DNA of 64,000 bases, from NCBI GenBank assembly GCA_963422615.1, contig OY730414.1, positions 992,001 to 1,056,000 of the forward strand, read 5' to 3'. Below, piece after piece: positions 54,904 to 64,000 of the stretch (position 1 is the first letter of the stretch; every line of letters begins with the position of its first letter). Source of the stretch: Longimicrobiales bacterium. Its GTDB lineage: Bacteria; Gemmatimonadota; Gemmatimonadetes; Longimicrobiales; Gaopeijiaceae. Made by a program: the position numbers and the translations under genes. The notes under the pieces were generated by a model. It searched no databases. It saw only the letters and a program-made list of their open reading frames with translations, and had not been told where the DNA came from.

Positions 54904-55368
54904 ATGACTATCTTGACGAAGATCTTCTTTGTAGCCCTGTTTTGCGGCGGGCTTTTGCTCTGCGTTCCCGAAAGCGCCTCGACTCAAGGACCGGGTCCCG
55001 CCAGGTGTGCGCTGTGCGAAGACAACGATACCTGCAAACGCAGCCAATGGGGAACCGGTGGCTGCACCTTCAAGAGCGGACGCTGCGAGTTGACCGGGAG
55101 AGCTTGCAATCCGGCCATGGCCTTGAATCTAGTGAGTCCGGATGACCGACGGATTGTTCCTTCAAACGAAGAGTCCAGGGTGGTCGTGAGGCTCGAAGGG
55201 GACGCGTTCGGGGCATGGGACTGCCGCGGAGAGCTCGTTGAGGCGTACCGGGAGCTGGCCAACGGACGAATGGTGGAACTGGCTGCCGGGGAGTTGGCCA
55301 TGTACGGAAGTCGCTACCGGTTCCACGATTACATTCGGCGTCTGGCCGAAGGGACGACCGGCAAATGA
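54904..55368 (+). CDS. Secreted hypothetical protein with a six-Cys N-terminal module
   Basis: AGAGGAAAGGA RBS, signal peptide, C-x2-C-x5-C-x9-C-x6-C-x6-C. Confidence 0.7.
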   Translation: MTILTKIFFVALFCGGLLLCVPESASTQGPGPARCALCEDNDTCKRSQWGTGGCTFKSGRCELTGRACNPAMALNLVSPDDRRIVPSNEESRVVVRLEGDAFGAWDCRGELVEAYRELANGRMVELAAGELAMYGSRYRFHDYIRRLAEGTTGK

Positions 55369-56531
55369 CATTCAAGCGAATCAAGTTCACGGCCCGGACC
55401 CTGGCCGGACCGGTGTTGGCCAGTAGCCTCGGCCCGGCGGCGCTCGGTGCCCAGGCCGCCCCTTCTCCTGCGTTTGTCGTTCGGGAAGTCTGGAGCTCCG
55501 AAGGTGTGCAGACCGCCGACGGAGTCGGAATATCGAAGATCAGGGGTCTTGCCGAGACGGCTCTCGATGCGATCTGGGTTTCGGATGTGGTTCCGGGGTC
55601 CGGAAGGGTGCTCAAAATCGACCCGAAGACGATGCGGACCGAGGTCATAGGGCGGAGAGGAGATGGTCCGGGCGAAGTCTTGGGTCCCAGGAGAATGGCG
55701 ATCCTGGCGGATGGCAAAGTGGCGGTCTACGACATTGGTCGGGGTGCTGTAGAAGTCTATGAGCCCGAAGGCGAACCGGCCTATCGCGTTCAATTGCTGG
55801 ACGGTTTGTCCTGGGTGAAGGGATTTGCCGCTCTCCGGTCCGGAGGCTTCGTTGTGAGCGGTTGGATTGATTCCAGTGAGTCCGCGGTGCATTACTTCAG
55901 TCAAGAGGGGGTACGGCTTCATGGCTGGGGTGCCCGCCCCGAAGTGGACGACGCACCGGAAGGTGCCAACTACCCTCGCAGCGACGACGAGATGCATGCG
56001 AGGTTCGCGCAGATGGTCGCGATTGGCGGCCCGGTTCATGCGCTTTCGGACGGCTCGTTTCTGTATTCTCGGGCGGCGCCTCACGAGATCGTGCTCTTCA
56101 GGAGGTCGTCGCCCTCGAGCGACGGCTGGTCGCTGCTTCCCGTCGGGTCCATGTCCGATCTCCTTGAAGCCCCTGGGCTGGGAGCCATTGAGCAACGGAT
56201 GGAGGATGGCCAGCTCTACACCGGTTTCAACACGACCTGGCCCCAATCTGCCGGGGTGTTCGAACTGGACGACGGGAGCATTTTGAACGTGGTCGTGATG
56301 CAGGACGAGGGGCGGTCTCTGTGGCAGGTCTTCGACCCGGCCGAGGCCCTGGCCAACGAGATTGCCCGGGCGCGGATCGAAGTACCGGTCAATCGCGCGT
56401 ATGTGCCGCTGTTTCTGTGCGAGAACGGCGACGTGCTTGCGGTCGTCGAAGACCCCTCTACGGGGCTTCATGAAGCGCTTCGCCTTCGCCTGGAGTGGTC
56501 ACAGGAATCGGAAACGGAGGGCAGCCGCTGA
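55365..56531 (+). CDS. Secreted 6-bladed beta-propeller/NHL-like protein
   Basis: Signal peptide, IGRRGDGPGEV..P..MA motif typical of NHL/6-bladed propellers; ATGA overlap with the previous gene. Confidence 0.72.
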   Translation: MTFKRIKFTARTLAGPVLASSLGPAALGAQAAPSPAFVVREVWSSEGVQTADGVGISKIRGLAETALDAIWVSDVVPGSGRVLKIDPKTMRTEVIGRRGDGPGEVLGPRRMAILADGKVAVYDIGRGAVEVYEPEGEPAYRVQLLDGLSWVKGFAALRSGGFVVSGWIDSSESAVHYFSQEGVRLHGWGARPEVDDAPEGANYPRSDDEMHARFAQMVAIGGPVHALSDGSFLYSRAAPHEIVLFRRSSPSSDGWSLLPVGSMSDLLEAPGLGAIEQRMEDGQLYTGFNTTWPQSAGVFELDDGSILNVVVMQDEGRSLWQVFDPAEALANEIARARIEVPVNRAYVPLFLCENGDVLAVVEDPSTGLHEALRLRLEWSQESETEGSR

Positions 56532-56590
56532 CCCGCCCCAGGTCCGAAGGTTGCCTTGCCCCCCAAGGGGGCGTCCGCCCGAGGTGACAG

Positions 56591-56650
56591 TTGACTTTTC
56601 CGAAATCTTTACTACCCTTCCTAGGCTATCCAGGAAAGCCCTGGAGCGTC
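56591..56650 (+). promoter_or_regulatory. sigma70-type promoter plus leader hairpin of the S10 operon
   Basis: TTGACT-N16-TACCCT; 54/60 nt identical to 50009-50068. Confidence 0.7.
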
Positions 56651-56769
56651 GGGCTTCCCTGGCGTAGCAGGACCGTGATCTTCGCCCCGTAACGATTGTC
56701 AAAAGAGGTGGACGGCTAGGATGTCTCCTAGCTACGGGTCGGGTCTTTCCCGCAGGAAATGATCAAGCG

Positions 56770-57078
56770 ATGGCGAACAGGATTCGGATTCGGCTGAAGG
56801 CGTTTGACCACTGGGTGGTAGACCAGACCGCCGCCGATATCGTGCGTACGGCGCAGAAGACGGGAGCCAAGATCCGCGGCCCGATCCCCCTTCCGACTCG
56901 CCGTCAGCGGTGGACCGTTCTGCGATCGCCCCACATCGACAAGAAGAGCAGGGAGCAGTTTGAGCTCAGGACCCACAAGCGACTTATCGACATTATCAAG
57001 AGCCGCCCCCAGACCGTCGACGCGCTGACGAAGTTGGATCTTCCGGCTGGCGTGGATGTCGAGATCAAGGTGGACTGA
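56770..57078 (+). CDS. rpsJ: 30S ribosomal protein S10
   Basis: [24 protein letters not shown]. Confidence 0.98.
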   Translation: MANRIRIRLKAFDHWVVDQTAADIVRTAQKTGAKIRGPIPLPTRRQRWTVLRSPHIDKKSREQFELRTHKRLIDIIKSRPQTVDALTKLDLPAGVDVEIKVD

Positions 57079-57080
57079 CG

Positions 57081-57698
57081 ATGCCTGGATTGATCGGCAG
57101 AAAAATCGGGATGACGCGCGTCTTCTCGGAAGAAGGCAAGGCGATCGCCGTGACGGTGCTCGAAGCCGGACCCTGTCCCGTCCTCCAGGTCAAGCGGGGC
57201 GAATCCGATGGGTACGCCGCCGTGCAGATCGGCTTCGGTGTCAAGAAACTCAAGAGAACGAGCAAAGCCGAACTCGGTCACGCAGCCCGGGCAGGCCTCA
57301 AAGAGGCCCCTTCCCTGGTTCGCGAATTCAAGCCCCGGGAAGGGGAAAAGTACGAACCCGGCCAGAAGTTGACCGTCAATCTCTTTGAAGCGGGCGAAAA
57401 GGTTCGAGTGACGGGACTTTCGAAGGGACGGGGCTTTCAGGGTGTTGTGAAGCGTCACGGATTCAGTGGAAGGCCCGCCTCTCACGGGCATCCCATGTCC
57501 CGCAATCCCGGTTCGATGGGACCCGGGACCGATCCCTCCAGAGTGATCAAGGGAAAAAAGCTTCCAGGCCGCATGGGCGGAAAACGGAAGACGATCCGAA
57601 ACCTGGAAGTCGTCCGGGTTGATGCGGGACGGAACCTCCTCTTTATCCACGGTGGGGTTCCGGGTAGCAGAAACAGTTTCGTTCTGATCCGGTGCTAA
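57081..57698 (+). CDS. rplC: 50S ribosomal protein L3
   Basis: [22 protein letters not shown]. Confidence 0.97.
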   Translation: MPGLIGRKIGMTRVFSEEGKAIAVTVLEAGPCPVLQVKRGESDGYAAVQIGFGVKKLKRTSKAELGHAARAGLKEAPSLVREFKPREGEKYEPGQKLTVNLFEAGEKVRVTGLSKGRGFQGVVKRHGFSGRPASHGHPMSRNPGSMGPGTDPSRVIKGKKLPGRMGGKRKTIRNLEVVRVDAGRNLLFIHGGVPGSRNSFVLIRC

Positions 57699-57703
57699 GA
57701 CAC

Positions 57704-58453
57704 ATGTACCAGGCTCCCTACTTCACCACGGACGGGTCTGCCGGCGCCGAGGTCACGCTTCCGGCTGTCCTCTTTGACGGCGTGATCAACGAAGCCGTGC
57801 TCCATCAGGCGATTCGCGCCTACCTTGCCAATCAGCGCCAAGGCACTGCCAACAAGAAAAACCGAAGCGCCGTCGCCGGCGGGAGCCGCAAGCCGTGGCG
57901 CCAGAAGGGTACGGGGCGAGCCCGGCAAGGGACGATCCGGGCTGTTCAGTGGAGGGGGGGAGGACTGGCGTTTCCTCCCAGGTCCCGTTCCTGGAACTAT
58001 AGGGTGCCCAAGCGCGTCCGCGCCCTGGCTCGCCGCTCGGCCTTCAATAGCCGGGCGGTTTCAGGTCGGGTGGTGGTCATCGAAGGCTTCGATTTCGAGG
58101 CCCCCAAGACCCGCCGGCTTACTCGGTTGCTGGAGAAAATCGGCATTCCGGGGAAGGTTCTCGTCCTTACCCATGGCGTCAACCGGGATCTTTACCTCTC
58201 TGGCCGAAACATTGCCGAAGTAAGGATCCTGCCCTTCGGCTCCGAATCGCCCTACGACGTGTTGTGGTCGAGCACGGTGATCATTGAGGAGGCCGCGCTT
58301 GGGATCATGGCCGATCTCCGGGCGGAGGAACCCGGTCCCGGGCGGGCCGCCACGAGCCGTGAACCCGCCGCTGCGGCGTCCGAAGCGGATGGAAGGACCG
58401 ACGACCATCCCGTCGCGAAGGACGGCTTCCGCGCTCCAGGGGAGCAAGCGTAA
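57704..58453 (+). CDS. rplD: 50S ribosomal protein L4 (with C-terminal extension)
   Basis: [23 protein letters not shown]. Confidence 0.96.
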   Translation: MYQAPYFTTDGSAGAEVTLPAVLFDGVINEAVLHQAIRAYLANQRQGTANKKNRSAVAGGSRKPWRQKGTGRARQGTIRAVQWRGGGLAFPPRSRSWNYRVPKRVRALARRSAFNSRAVSGRVVVIEGFDFEAPKTRRLTRLLEKIGIPGKVLVLTHGVNRDLYLSGRNIAEVRILPFGSESPYDVLWSSTVIIEEAALGIMADLRAEEPGPGRAATSREPAAAASEADGRTDDHPVAKDGFRAPGEQA

Positions 58454-58761
58454 TGCGAGAGCCGTACGACGTGATCGTCGCGCCGGTCGTGACGGAAAAG
58501 ACGACCGATCAGATGGAGGGGAGCCTGTATACCTTCATCGTCAATGAACGCTCCAACAAGCACGAGATCGCACGGGCGGTGGAATCTCTGTGGGACGTGA
58601 AGGTGCGGGGTGTTCGGACCATGCGGTACCCCAGAAAGGCGAAGCGCGCGCTTCTGGGCCGCATGGCCAAGAACTGGAGCCTGGGCCGTCGGCCTTCTTT
58701 CAAGAAGGCGGTCGTGCAGCTGGACCAGGGGGATCAAATCGAATTCTACGAGATGGGTTGA
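58453..58761 (+). CDS. rplW: 50S ribosomal protein L23
   Basis: PVVTEK, NKHEI, KKAVV. Confidence 0.95.
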   Translation: MREPYDVIVAPVVTEKTTDQMEGSLYTFIVNERSNKHEIARAVESLWDVKVRGVRTMRYPRKAKRALLGRMAKNWSLGRRPSFKKAVVQLDQGDQIEFYEMG

Positions 58762-58764
58762 TCC

Positions 58765-59604
58765 ATGGCGCTCAAGAAGTTCAAGCCGGTAACCCCTGGA
58801 AGCCGGTTTCGGTCGGTTACCGCCAAGGAAGCGGTCACCCGGAAGGGACCGGAAAAGTCCCTTACGGAGCCCCTGAGGAAGACCGGGGGTCGGAATCACC
58901 ATGGCCGCATTACTTCCAGGCGGCGAGGTGGGGGGAACAAACGGAGATACCGGAAAATCGACTTCCGGCGAGAGAAGCACGGCATCCCCGGACGGATCGC
59001 CGCCATTGAGTACGATCCCAACCGGTCGGCTTTAATCGCGCTCGTTCACTATGAGGACGGGGAGAAGCGCTACGTGCTCCACGTCAGGGGAATGCAGGTC
59101 GGAGACGTGATCACATCCGGCCCCGACGCTGACATCCGGCCAGGAAACGCCCTCCCGCTTGAGCGCATCCCCCTGGGCACCTTGGTTCACAATGTCGAGT
59201 TGAAGCCCGAAAAAGGGGGCCAGATGGCCCGATCGGCGGGTTCGGGGGTGCAGGTGGTCGCCCGGGAGGGTGACTATGTTACCCTGCGCCTGCCCTCCAC
59301 CGAGGTCCGACGAATCCACAAACGGTGTTTGGCCACGGTAGGCCAAGTCGGGAATGCGGATCACAACCTCCGGACGCTGGGCAAGGCGGGTGCCAACCGC
59401 TGGCGCGGGCGTCGGCCCAAGGTGCGGGGCGTAGCCATGAACCCCGTAGACCACCCCCTGGGCGGGGGCGAAGGGAAGGCATCGGGAGGCCGCCCGCCCG
59501 TTACCCCTTGGGGGAAGCCCGAGGGAGCCAAGACCCGCAGGAAGAAAAAGCCTTCGAACAAGCTGATCGTCCGGGGTCGCAAGCGCGGCAAGGCTACGCG
59601 CTGA
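58765..59604 (+). CDS. rplB: 50S ribosomal protein L2
   Basis: [25 protein letters not shown]. Confidence 0.98.
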   Translation: MALKKFKPVTPGSRFRSVTAKEAVTRKGPEKSLTEPLRKTGGRNHHGRITSRRRGGGNKRRYRKIDFRREKHGIPGRIAAIEYDPNRSALIALVHYEDGEKRYVLHVRGMQVGDVITSGPDADIRPGNALPLERIPLGTLVHNVELKPEKGGQMARSAGSGVQVVAREGDYVTLRLPSTEVRRIHKRCLATVGQVGNADHNLRTLGKAGANRWRGRRPKVRGVAMNPVDHPLGGGEGKASGGRPPVTPWGKPEGAKTRRKKKPSNKLIVRGRKRGKATR

Positions 59605-59633
59605 CCCTGGCCCGAGAAAAGACCGAGTTATTC

Positions 59634-59918
59634 ATGCCCAGAAGCGTCAAGAAGGGTCCCTTTATTGACGAAAAACTCCTCCGCAAGGTGGAGTTGATGA
59701 ACTCGCGAAACGAGAGGTCCGTAATTCGGACTTGGTCCCGAGCGTCTACCATTTCCCCGGCGTTCGTAGGGCACACCATCGCGGTTCACAACGGAAACAA
59801 ATTCATTCCGGTGTACATCAGCGAGAATATGGTGGGTCACAAGCTCGGCGAGTTTTCCCCCACGCGCCTCTTCCGGGGGCACGGCGGCAAGCTGGCTGAT
59901 AAACGGTCCAGGATGTAG
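59634..59918 (+). CDS. rpsS: 30S ribosomal protein S19
   Basis: [23 protein letters not shown]. Confidence 0.98.
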   Translation: MPRSVKKGPFIDEKLLRKVELMNSRNERSVIRTWSRASTISPAFVGHTIAVHNGNKFIPVYISENMVGHKLGEFSPTRLFRGHGGKLADKRSRM

Positions 59919-59932
59919 GGAGCTTGGATGCC

Positions 59933-60286
59933 ATGGAAGCAAGGGCGATTGCAAAAAACGTGAGAATGAGCCCACGGAAGGTTCGGTTGGTCGTGGATCA
60001 GATCCGGGGGAAGTCCGTCAACGAAGCGTTCTCGTATCTCCGGTTTTTGACGAAGGCCGCCTCGGTTCCCGTTGAAAAGACCCTGCGGTCCGCATTGGCG
60101 AACGCCGAGGACAGGGCGGATCGGGAGGATGGCCGGGTAGACATGGACGATTTCGTGGTCGCCAGGGTCTTCGTGGATCAGGGTCCCACCCTCAAGCGAT
60201 GGAGGGCGGGGGCTATGGGAAGGGCCACCCCCCGGCGTCGTCGAACCAGCCACATCACGGTGGTCGTGAAAGCGAAGGGGAGGTAG
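59933..60286 (+). CDS. rplV: 50S ribosomal protein L22
   Basis: [20 protein letters not shown]. Confidence 0.97.
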   Translation: MEARAIAKNVRMSPRKVRLVVDQIRGKSVNEAFSYLRFLTKAASVPVEKTLRSALANAEDRADREDGRVDMDDFVVARVFVDQGPTLKRWRAGAMGRATPRRRRTSHITVVVKAKGR

Positions 60287-60289
60287 CGG

Positions 60290-60976
60290 ATGGGCCAGAA
60301 GACTCACCCTCACGGGTTCCGGCTCGGCATCGTCTCGGATTGGCAGTCTCGGTGGTATGCCGAGCGGGATTTTCCGCGGTTTCTGAAGGAAGACGAAACC
60401 ATTCGTACCTACCTTCACCGCCGACTCCACCACGCGGCCATTGCCCTGGTAGAGATTGATCGCAAACCGGCCAAGCTGGTCGTCACCGTCCACACGGCCC
60501 GCCCCGGGGTCGTGATCGGCAAACGGGGCGCGGAAGTCGACAAGCTCCGGGACGAGCTGACGGTACTGACCGGGAGCGAAGTGTCGGTCAACATCGAGGA
60601 AATCAAGCGTCCCGAATTGAACGCGCGTCTTGTCGCCGACAATGTGGCCCATCAGATCCGACAGCGGATCTCCTTCAGGCGAGCCATGAAACGGGCGGTT
60701 CAGTCGGCGATGAGGGCCGGAGCCGAGGGAATCCGCATCCAGTGCGCAGGGCGCTTGGGCGGAGCTGAAATCGCCCGCACCGAAGGGTACAACGAAGGCC
60801 GAGTTCCCCTCCACACCCTCCGGGCGGACATTGACTACGCTCACCTTGAAGCCCGCACCACGTACGGCACCATCGGGGTCAAGTGCTGGATCTTCAAAGG
60901 TGAAGTGATTGAGAACCGATTCGGCCGAACCTACTCCGCCGGGGCGGGGGATCTCAACGTAGCAAGGGGTAGATGA
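60290..60976 (+). CDS. rpsC: 30S ribosomal protein S3
   Basis: [27 protein letters not shown]. Confidence 0.98.
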   Translation: MGQKTHPHGFRLGIVSDWQSRWYAERDFPRFLKEDETIRTYLHRRLHHAAIALVEIDRKPAKLVVTVHTARPGVVIGKRGAEVDKLRDELTVLTGSEVSVNIEEIKRPELNARLVADNVAHQIRQRISFRRAMKRAVQSAMRAGAEGIRIQCAGRLGGAEIARTEGYNEGRVPLHTLRADIDYAHLEARTTYGTIGVKCWIFKGEVIENRFGRTYSAGAGDLNVARGR

Positions 60977-61392
60977 TGCTGGCGCCGAAACGCGTAAAGC
61001 GCAGGAAGACCCACAAGGGGAAAATCCGGGGGAATGCACACCGGGGGAACAAGGTTTCCTTTGGGGAATATGGCTTGCAAACCACCCAGGCCGCTTGGAT
61101 TACCAACCGCCAGATTGAGTCGGCTCGGGTGGCGATCACCCGCCACGTGAAGCGGGGCGGAAAGGTCTGGATCCGTATCTTCCCCGATAAGCCGGTGACG
61201 AAAAAGCCGGCAGAAACCCGGATGGGAAAGGGGAAGGGAAACCCTGAGGAGTGGGTGGCCGTGGTCAAGCCGGGCCGGGTTATGTTTGAGCTGGAAGGAG
61301 TTTCGGTTGAGGCCGCTCGGAGGGCCATGGAGCTGGCTTCCTTCAAGCTTCCCGTCAAGACTCGGTTCGTCATTCGGGAAAACCAGCTCTGA
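60973..61392 (+). CDS. rplP: 50S ribosomal protein L16
   Basis: QIESAR, RIFPDKP, RMGKGKG. Confidence 0.98.
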   Translation: MMLAPKRVKRRKTHKGKIRGNAHRGNKVSFGEYGLQTTQAAWITNRQIESARVAITRHVKRGGKVWIRIFPDKPVTKKPAETRMGKGKGNPEEWVAVVKPGRVMFELEGVSVEAARRAMELASFKLPVKTRFVIRENQL

Positions 61393-61421
61393 TCCACCAT
61401 CTTTTTCTTGGGAGCGAGATC

Positions 61422-61646
61422 GTGAAAGCACAGGACGTTCGGGAACTGGGCGACGCCGAACTGGACCATCGCCTGGGGGAGCTGAAGCTGGAGCAGTTCC
61501 GCCTTCGTTTCCGGAGCGGCATCATGGAACTGGAGAATCCGAGGCTGCTGCGGACGATCAGGCGCGACATCGCCCGGATCAAGACCATCTTGCACGAGCG
61601 CCGTATGGCCGGTGACCACCAGGGGACGACGAACAACGATGGATGA
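61422..61646 (+). CDS. rpmC: 50S ribosomal protein L29
   Basis: [15 protein letters not shown]. Confidence 0.95.
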   Translation: MKAQDVRELGDAELDHRLGELKLEQFRLRFRSGIMELENPRLLRTIRRDIARIKTILHERRMAGDHQGTTNNDG

Positions 61647-61935
61647 ATCCCCCAGAAGCCCGAACCCGGCGAGAGTGCACGGGGTCCGAAACCGGCGAAA
61701 AACCCGTATCGGGGTCGTCGTCGGGGACAGGGCCGACAAGACGGTCACCGTCTTGGTTGAGCGTCGCTTTGCCCATCCCCTGTACGGAAAGCAAGTCTCG
61801 CGCACCCGGAAGTATCATGCCCACGACGAAGCGAACGAACATCGAGTCGGCGACCGGGTGCGGATTATGGAGACGCGGCCGTTGTCCAAGATAAAGAAAT
61901 GGCGCGTCGTCGAGTTGATTGAGCGGCCCGCCTGA
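61639..61935 (+). CDS. rpsQ: 30S ribosomal protein S17
   Basis: DKTVTV, HPLYGK, ETRPLSK.K.W. Confidence 0.96.
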   Translation: MDESPRSPNPARVHGVRNRRKTRIGVVVGDRADKTVTVLVERRFAHPLYGKQVSRTRKYHAHDEANEHRVGDRVRIMETRPLSKIKKWRVVELIERPA

Positions 61936-61966
61936 GGCCCGGTGCGAAGGGAACCGGACAAAACCG

Positions 61967-62335
61967 ATGATTCAACAGGAATCGATGCTCAAGATCGCCG
62001 ATAATACGGGCGCCAAACGTGCGCTCTGCATTCGTGTGCTGGGCGGATCCGGCTGCCGTTATGCCCGAATCGGCGACCGCGTGATCGTGACGATCAAGGA
62101 CGCCGTTCCCAACGCGCCGGTGAAGAAGGGGGAGGTAACGGAGGCGGTAGTGGTTCGCACGGCCAAGGAGATGCGTCGCAAGGACGGGAGCTACATCCGC
62201 TTTGACGACAACGCGGCCGTTTTGATCAACCCACAGAAGGAACCCCGGGGCACGCGCATTTTCGGGCCGGTGGGCCGAGAGCTCCGGGAAAAGCGTTACA
62301 TGAGGATCGTTTCTCTTGCGCCCGAGGTCCTGTGA
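61967..62335 (+). CDS. rplN: 50S ribosomal protein L14
   Basis: [20 protein letters not shown]. Confidence 0.98.
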   Translation: MIQQESMLKIADNTGAKRALCIRVLGGSGCRYARIGDRVIVTIKDAVPNAPVKKGEVTEAVVVRTAKEMRRKDGSYIRFDDNAAVLINPQKEPRGTRIFGPVGRELREKRYMRIVSLAPEVL

Positions 62336-62673
62336 CGATGACCAAGAAGAAGATGAAGATCATGAAGGGCGATCGGGTCAGGGTCATTCGGGGCAACTAC
62401 CGAGACGCTGAAGGCTCGGTTCTTCGGATCATACGAAAATCGGATCAGGTTGTGATCCAAGGTGTGAACATGCGGAAACGTCACACGCGACCTACCCAGG
62501 CCAACCCGGAAGGAGGGATCATTACCTTTGAAGCGCCCGTTCATGTGTCGAACGTGATGCTCGTGGATCCTTTCGGCGACAAGGCCAGCCGCTTGCGGGT
62601 GCAGATCGGAGCTGACGGCCTCAAGGAGCGGATTTCTGTGAAAAGCGGAAATCCCGTTCCCAGGCCGGGATAG
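62332..62673 (+). CDS. rplX: 50S ribosomal protein L24
   Basis: [17 protein letters not shown]. Confidence 0.96.
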   Translation: MTMTKKKMKIMKGDRVRVIRGNYRDAEGSVLRIIRKSDQVVIQGVNMRKRHTRPTQANPEGGIITFEAPVHVSNVMLVDPFGDKASRLRVQIGADGLKERISVKSGNPVPRPG

Positions 62674-62680
62674 CTTCGAA

Positions 62681-63283
62681 TTGGCAGCGACGGAGACCAG
62701 GGAAATTTGGATGGAACCAAGACTTTTATCCCACTACAAGAGGGTTGCGAGGCCGGCGTTGCGGGAGCAGTTCGGCTTTGCCAACCCTCACCAGATTCCC
62801 AGGGTCGTCAAGGCGACCCTCAACGTCGGGATCGGTGAAGGGAGCCGAGACCGGAAGCTGGTGGAATCGGTGGCCGGGGAGTTGGCAATGATCACGGGCC
62901 AGAGACCTGTCATCACTCGGGCCCGAAAGTCCATTGCAAATTTCCGCCTCCGGGAGGGTATGCCCGTCGGGGCGGCGGTGACTTTGCGGCGGCGCGGAAT
63001 GTGGGAGTTTCTTGACCGCTTCGTTTCCGTCGCCGTACCTCGGATTCGCGACTTCAGGGGTCTGAACACCCGTTCCTTTGACGGACGGGGGAACTACACG
63101 ATAGGGGTCAGAGAGCAGATCATTTTTCCCGAAGTGGACTACGACAAGGTGAAGCAGATTCACGGAATGGACATCTCCGTGGTGACTTCCACCCGCAAGG
63201 ACAACGAAGCCTACGCGCTCCTCAGGCAGCTGGGTTTCCCCTTCCGGGGCGAGGTACCGGTGATCATCGGGGCCCCTGCGTGA
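62681..63283 (+). CDS. rplE: 50S ribosomal protein L5
   Basis: ITGQRP, PRIRDFRG, FDGRGNY. Confidence 0.97.
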   Translation: MAATETREIWMEPRLLSHYKRVARPALREQFGFANPHQIPRVVKATLNVGIGEGSRDRKLVESVAGELAMITGQRPVITRARKSIANFRLREGMPVGAAVTLRRRGMWEFLDRFVSVAVPRIRDFRGLNTRSFDGRGNYTIGVREQIIFPEVDYDKVKQIHGMDISVVTSTRKDNEAYALLRQLGFPFRGEVPVIIGAPA

Positions 63284-63363
63284 AGAATGCCTGAAAGACC
63301 TGGGATGCCGAAAAGGACGCGAGAGAGCGGCGGGAACCGCCGGCAGAACAAGGACGACAAACC

Positions 63364-63756
63364 ATGATGACCGATCCGATCGCGGACATGCTGACGCGAA
63401 TCCGAAACGCAGGCCACGCGGGACACCGATGGGCCGATCTTCCCCTGTCCAAGCTCAAGGTGGAAGTCGCCCGGCTCTTGAAAGAAGACGCCTTCATTTA
63501 CGGTTACAAGGTGTTGAACGACGGACGCCATGGTCTTCTCCGCGTGTACCTTAAGTATCACGACGGCAGGCCGGTCATACGTCGCCTTGCTCGGGTATCC
63601 AAGCCAGGTCGGCGTCGTTACGTGGGAGTCGAGGATCTCCCGCGGGTCCGAAATGGGCTTGGAATGGCCATCGTGTCCACATCTCGAGGTCTCCTGTCGG
63701 ACCGCGCGGCTCGGAGGGCGCGGGTCGGCGGCGAAGTCTTGGCAGTTGTTTGGTAG
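63364..63756 (+). CDS. rpsH: 30S ribosomal protein S8
   Basis: [22 protein letters not shown]. Confidence 0.97.
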   Translation: MMTDPIADMLTRIRNAGHAGHRWADLPLSKLKVEVARLLKEDAFIYGYKVLNDGRHGLLRVYLKYHDGRPVIRRLARVSKPGRRRYVGVEDLPRVRNGLGMAIVSTSRGLLSDRAARRARVGGEVLAVVW

Positions 63757-63764
63757 GAGGTCTC

Positions 63765-64000
63765 ATGTCGCGCATTGGCAGAATGCCGGTTCCAGTTCCT
63801 CAGGGGGTCACCGTGATCCTGGAGGGTCAGCGGTTGACGGCAAAGGGCCCCAAGGGGGAGCTGGAGCTGAATGTCCGTACCCCGATCACCGTGGGGTGGG
63901 ACGGAAAAGAGGGAAAGATGCTCCTGGTAAAACGGCCTTCGGACCGCAAGGAACATCGCGCGCTGCACGGCCTGACCCGATCGCTTGTGGCCAACATGGT
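63765..64000 (+). CDS. rplF: 50S ribosomal protein L6 (truncated by the window end)
   Basis: [12 protein letters not shown]...KGPKGEL...[13 protein letters not shown]. Confidence 0.95.
   Translation, partial: MSRIGRMPVPVPQGVTVILEGQRLTAKGPKGELELNVRTPITVGWDGKEGKMLLVKRPSDRKEHRALHGLTRSLVANM

Overview
GC-rich bacterial chromosomal segment. Gene content suggests Gemmatimonadota, possibly host/sponge-associated (inference only). The left ~36 kb holds mixed housekeeping and accessory genes: an S9 peptidase, a reductive-dehalogenase-like protein, a sigma54 two-component locus, LPS glycosyltransferases, a probable OsmC-family selenoprotein, an SSS transporter, a split 5'-nucleotidase, and pyk/pgi/smpB/pyrD/pyrF/cysS. 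The right ~28 kb is the core translation/transcription cluster: 4 tRNAs, tuf-secE-nusG-rplKAJL-rpoBC, rpsL-rpsG-fusA-tuf, S10 and the start of spc. The most striking observation is the pair of tuf genes. They sit in near-identical ~1.25 kb cassettes whose + strand is almost stripped of synonymous cytosines, switch abruptly to C-rich about 15 codons before the stop, and end in a G-free tail (G-quadruplex-like on the - strand) with TAAGGG-type inverted ends. No neighbouring gene looks like this. Other notable signals are an in-frame UGA plus hairpin in the OsmC gene, a 54/60-nt duplicated promoter/leader before rpsL and rpsJ, tandem DnaA boxes, absence of rpsN and rpmG from their usual positions, and a 20-aa amphipathic micro-ORF. 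All counts were made by eye.
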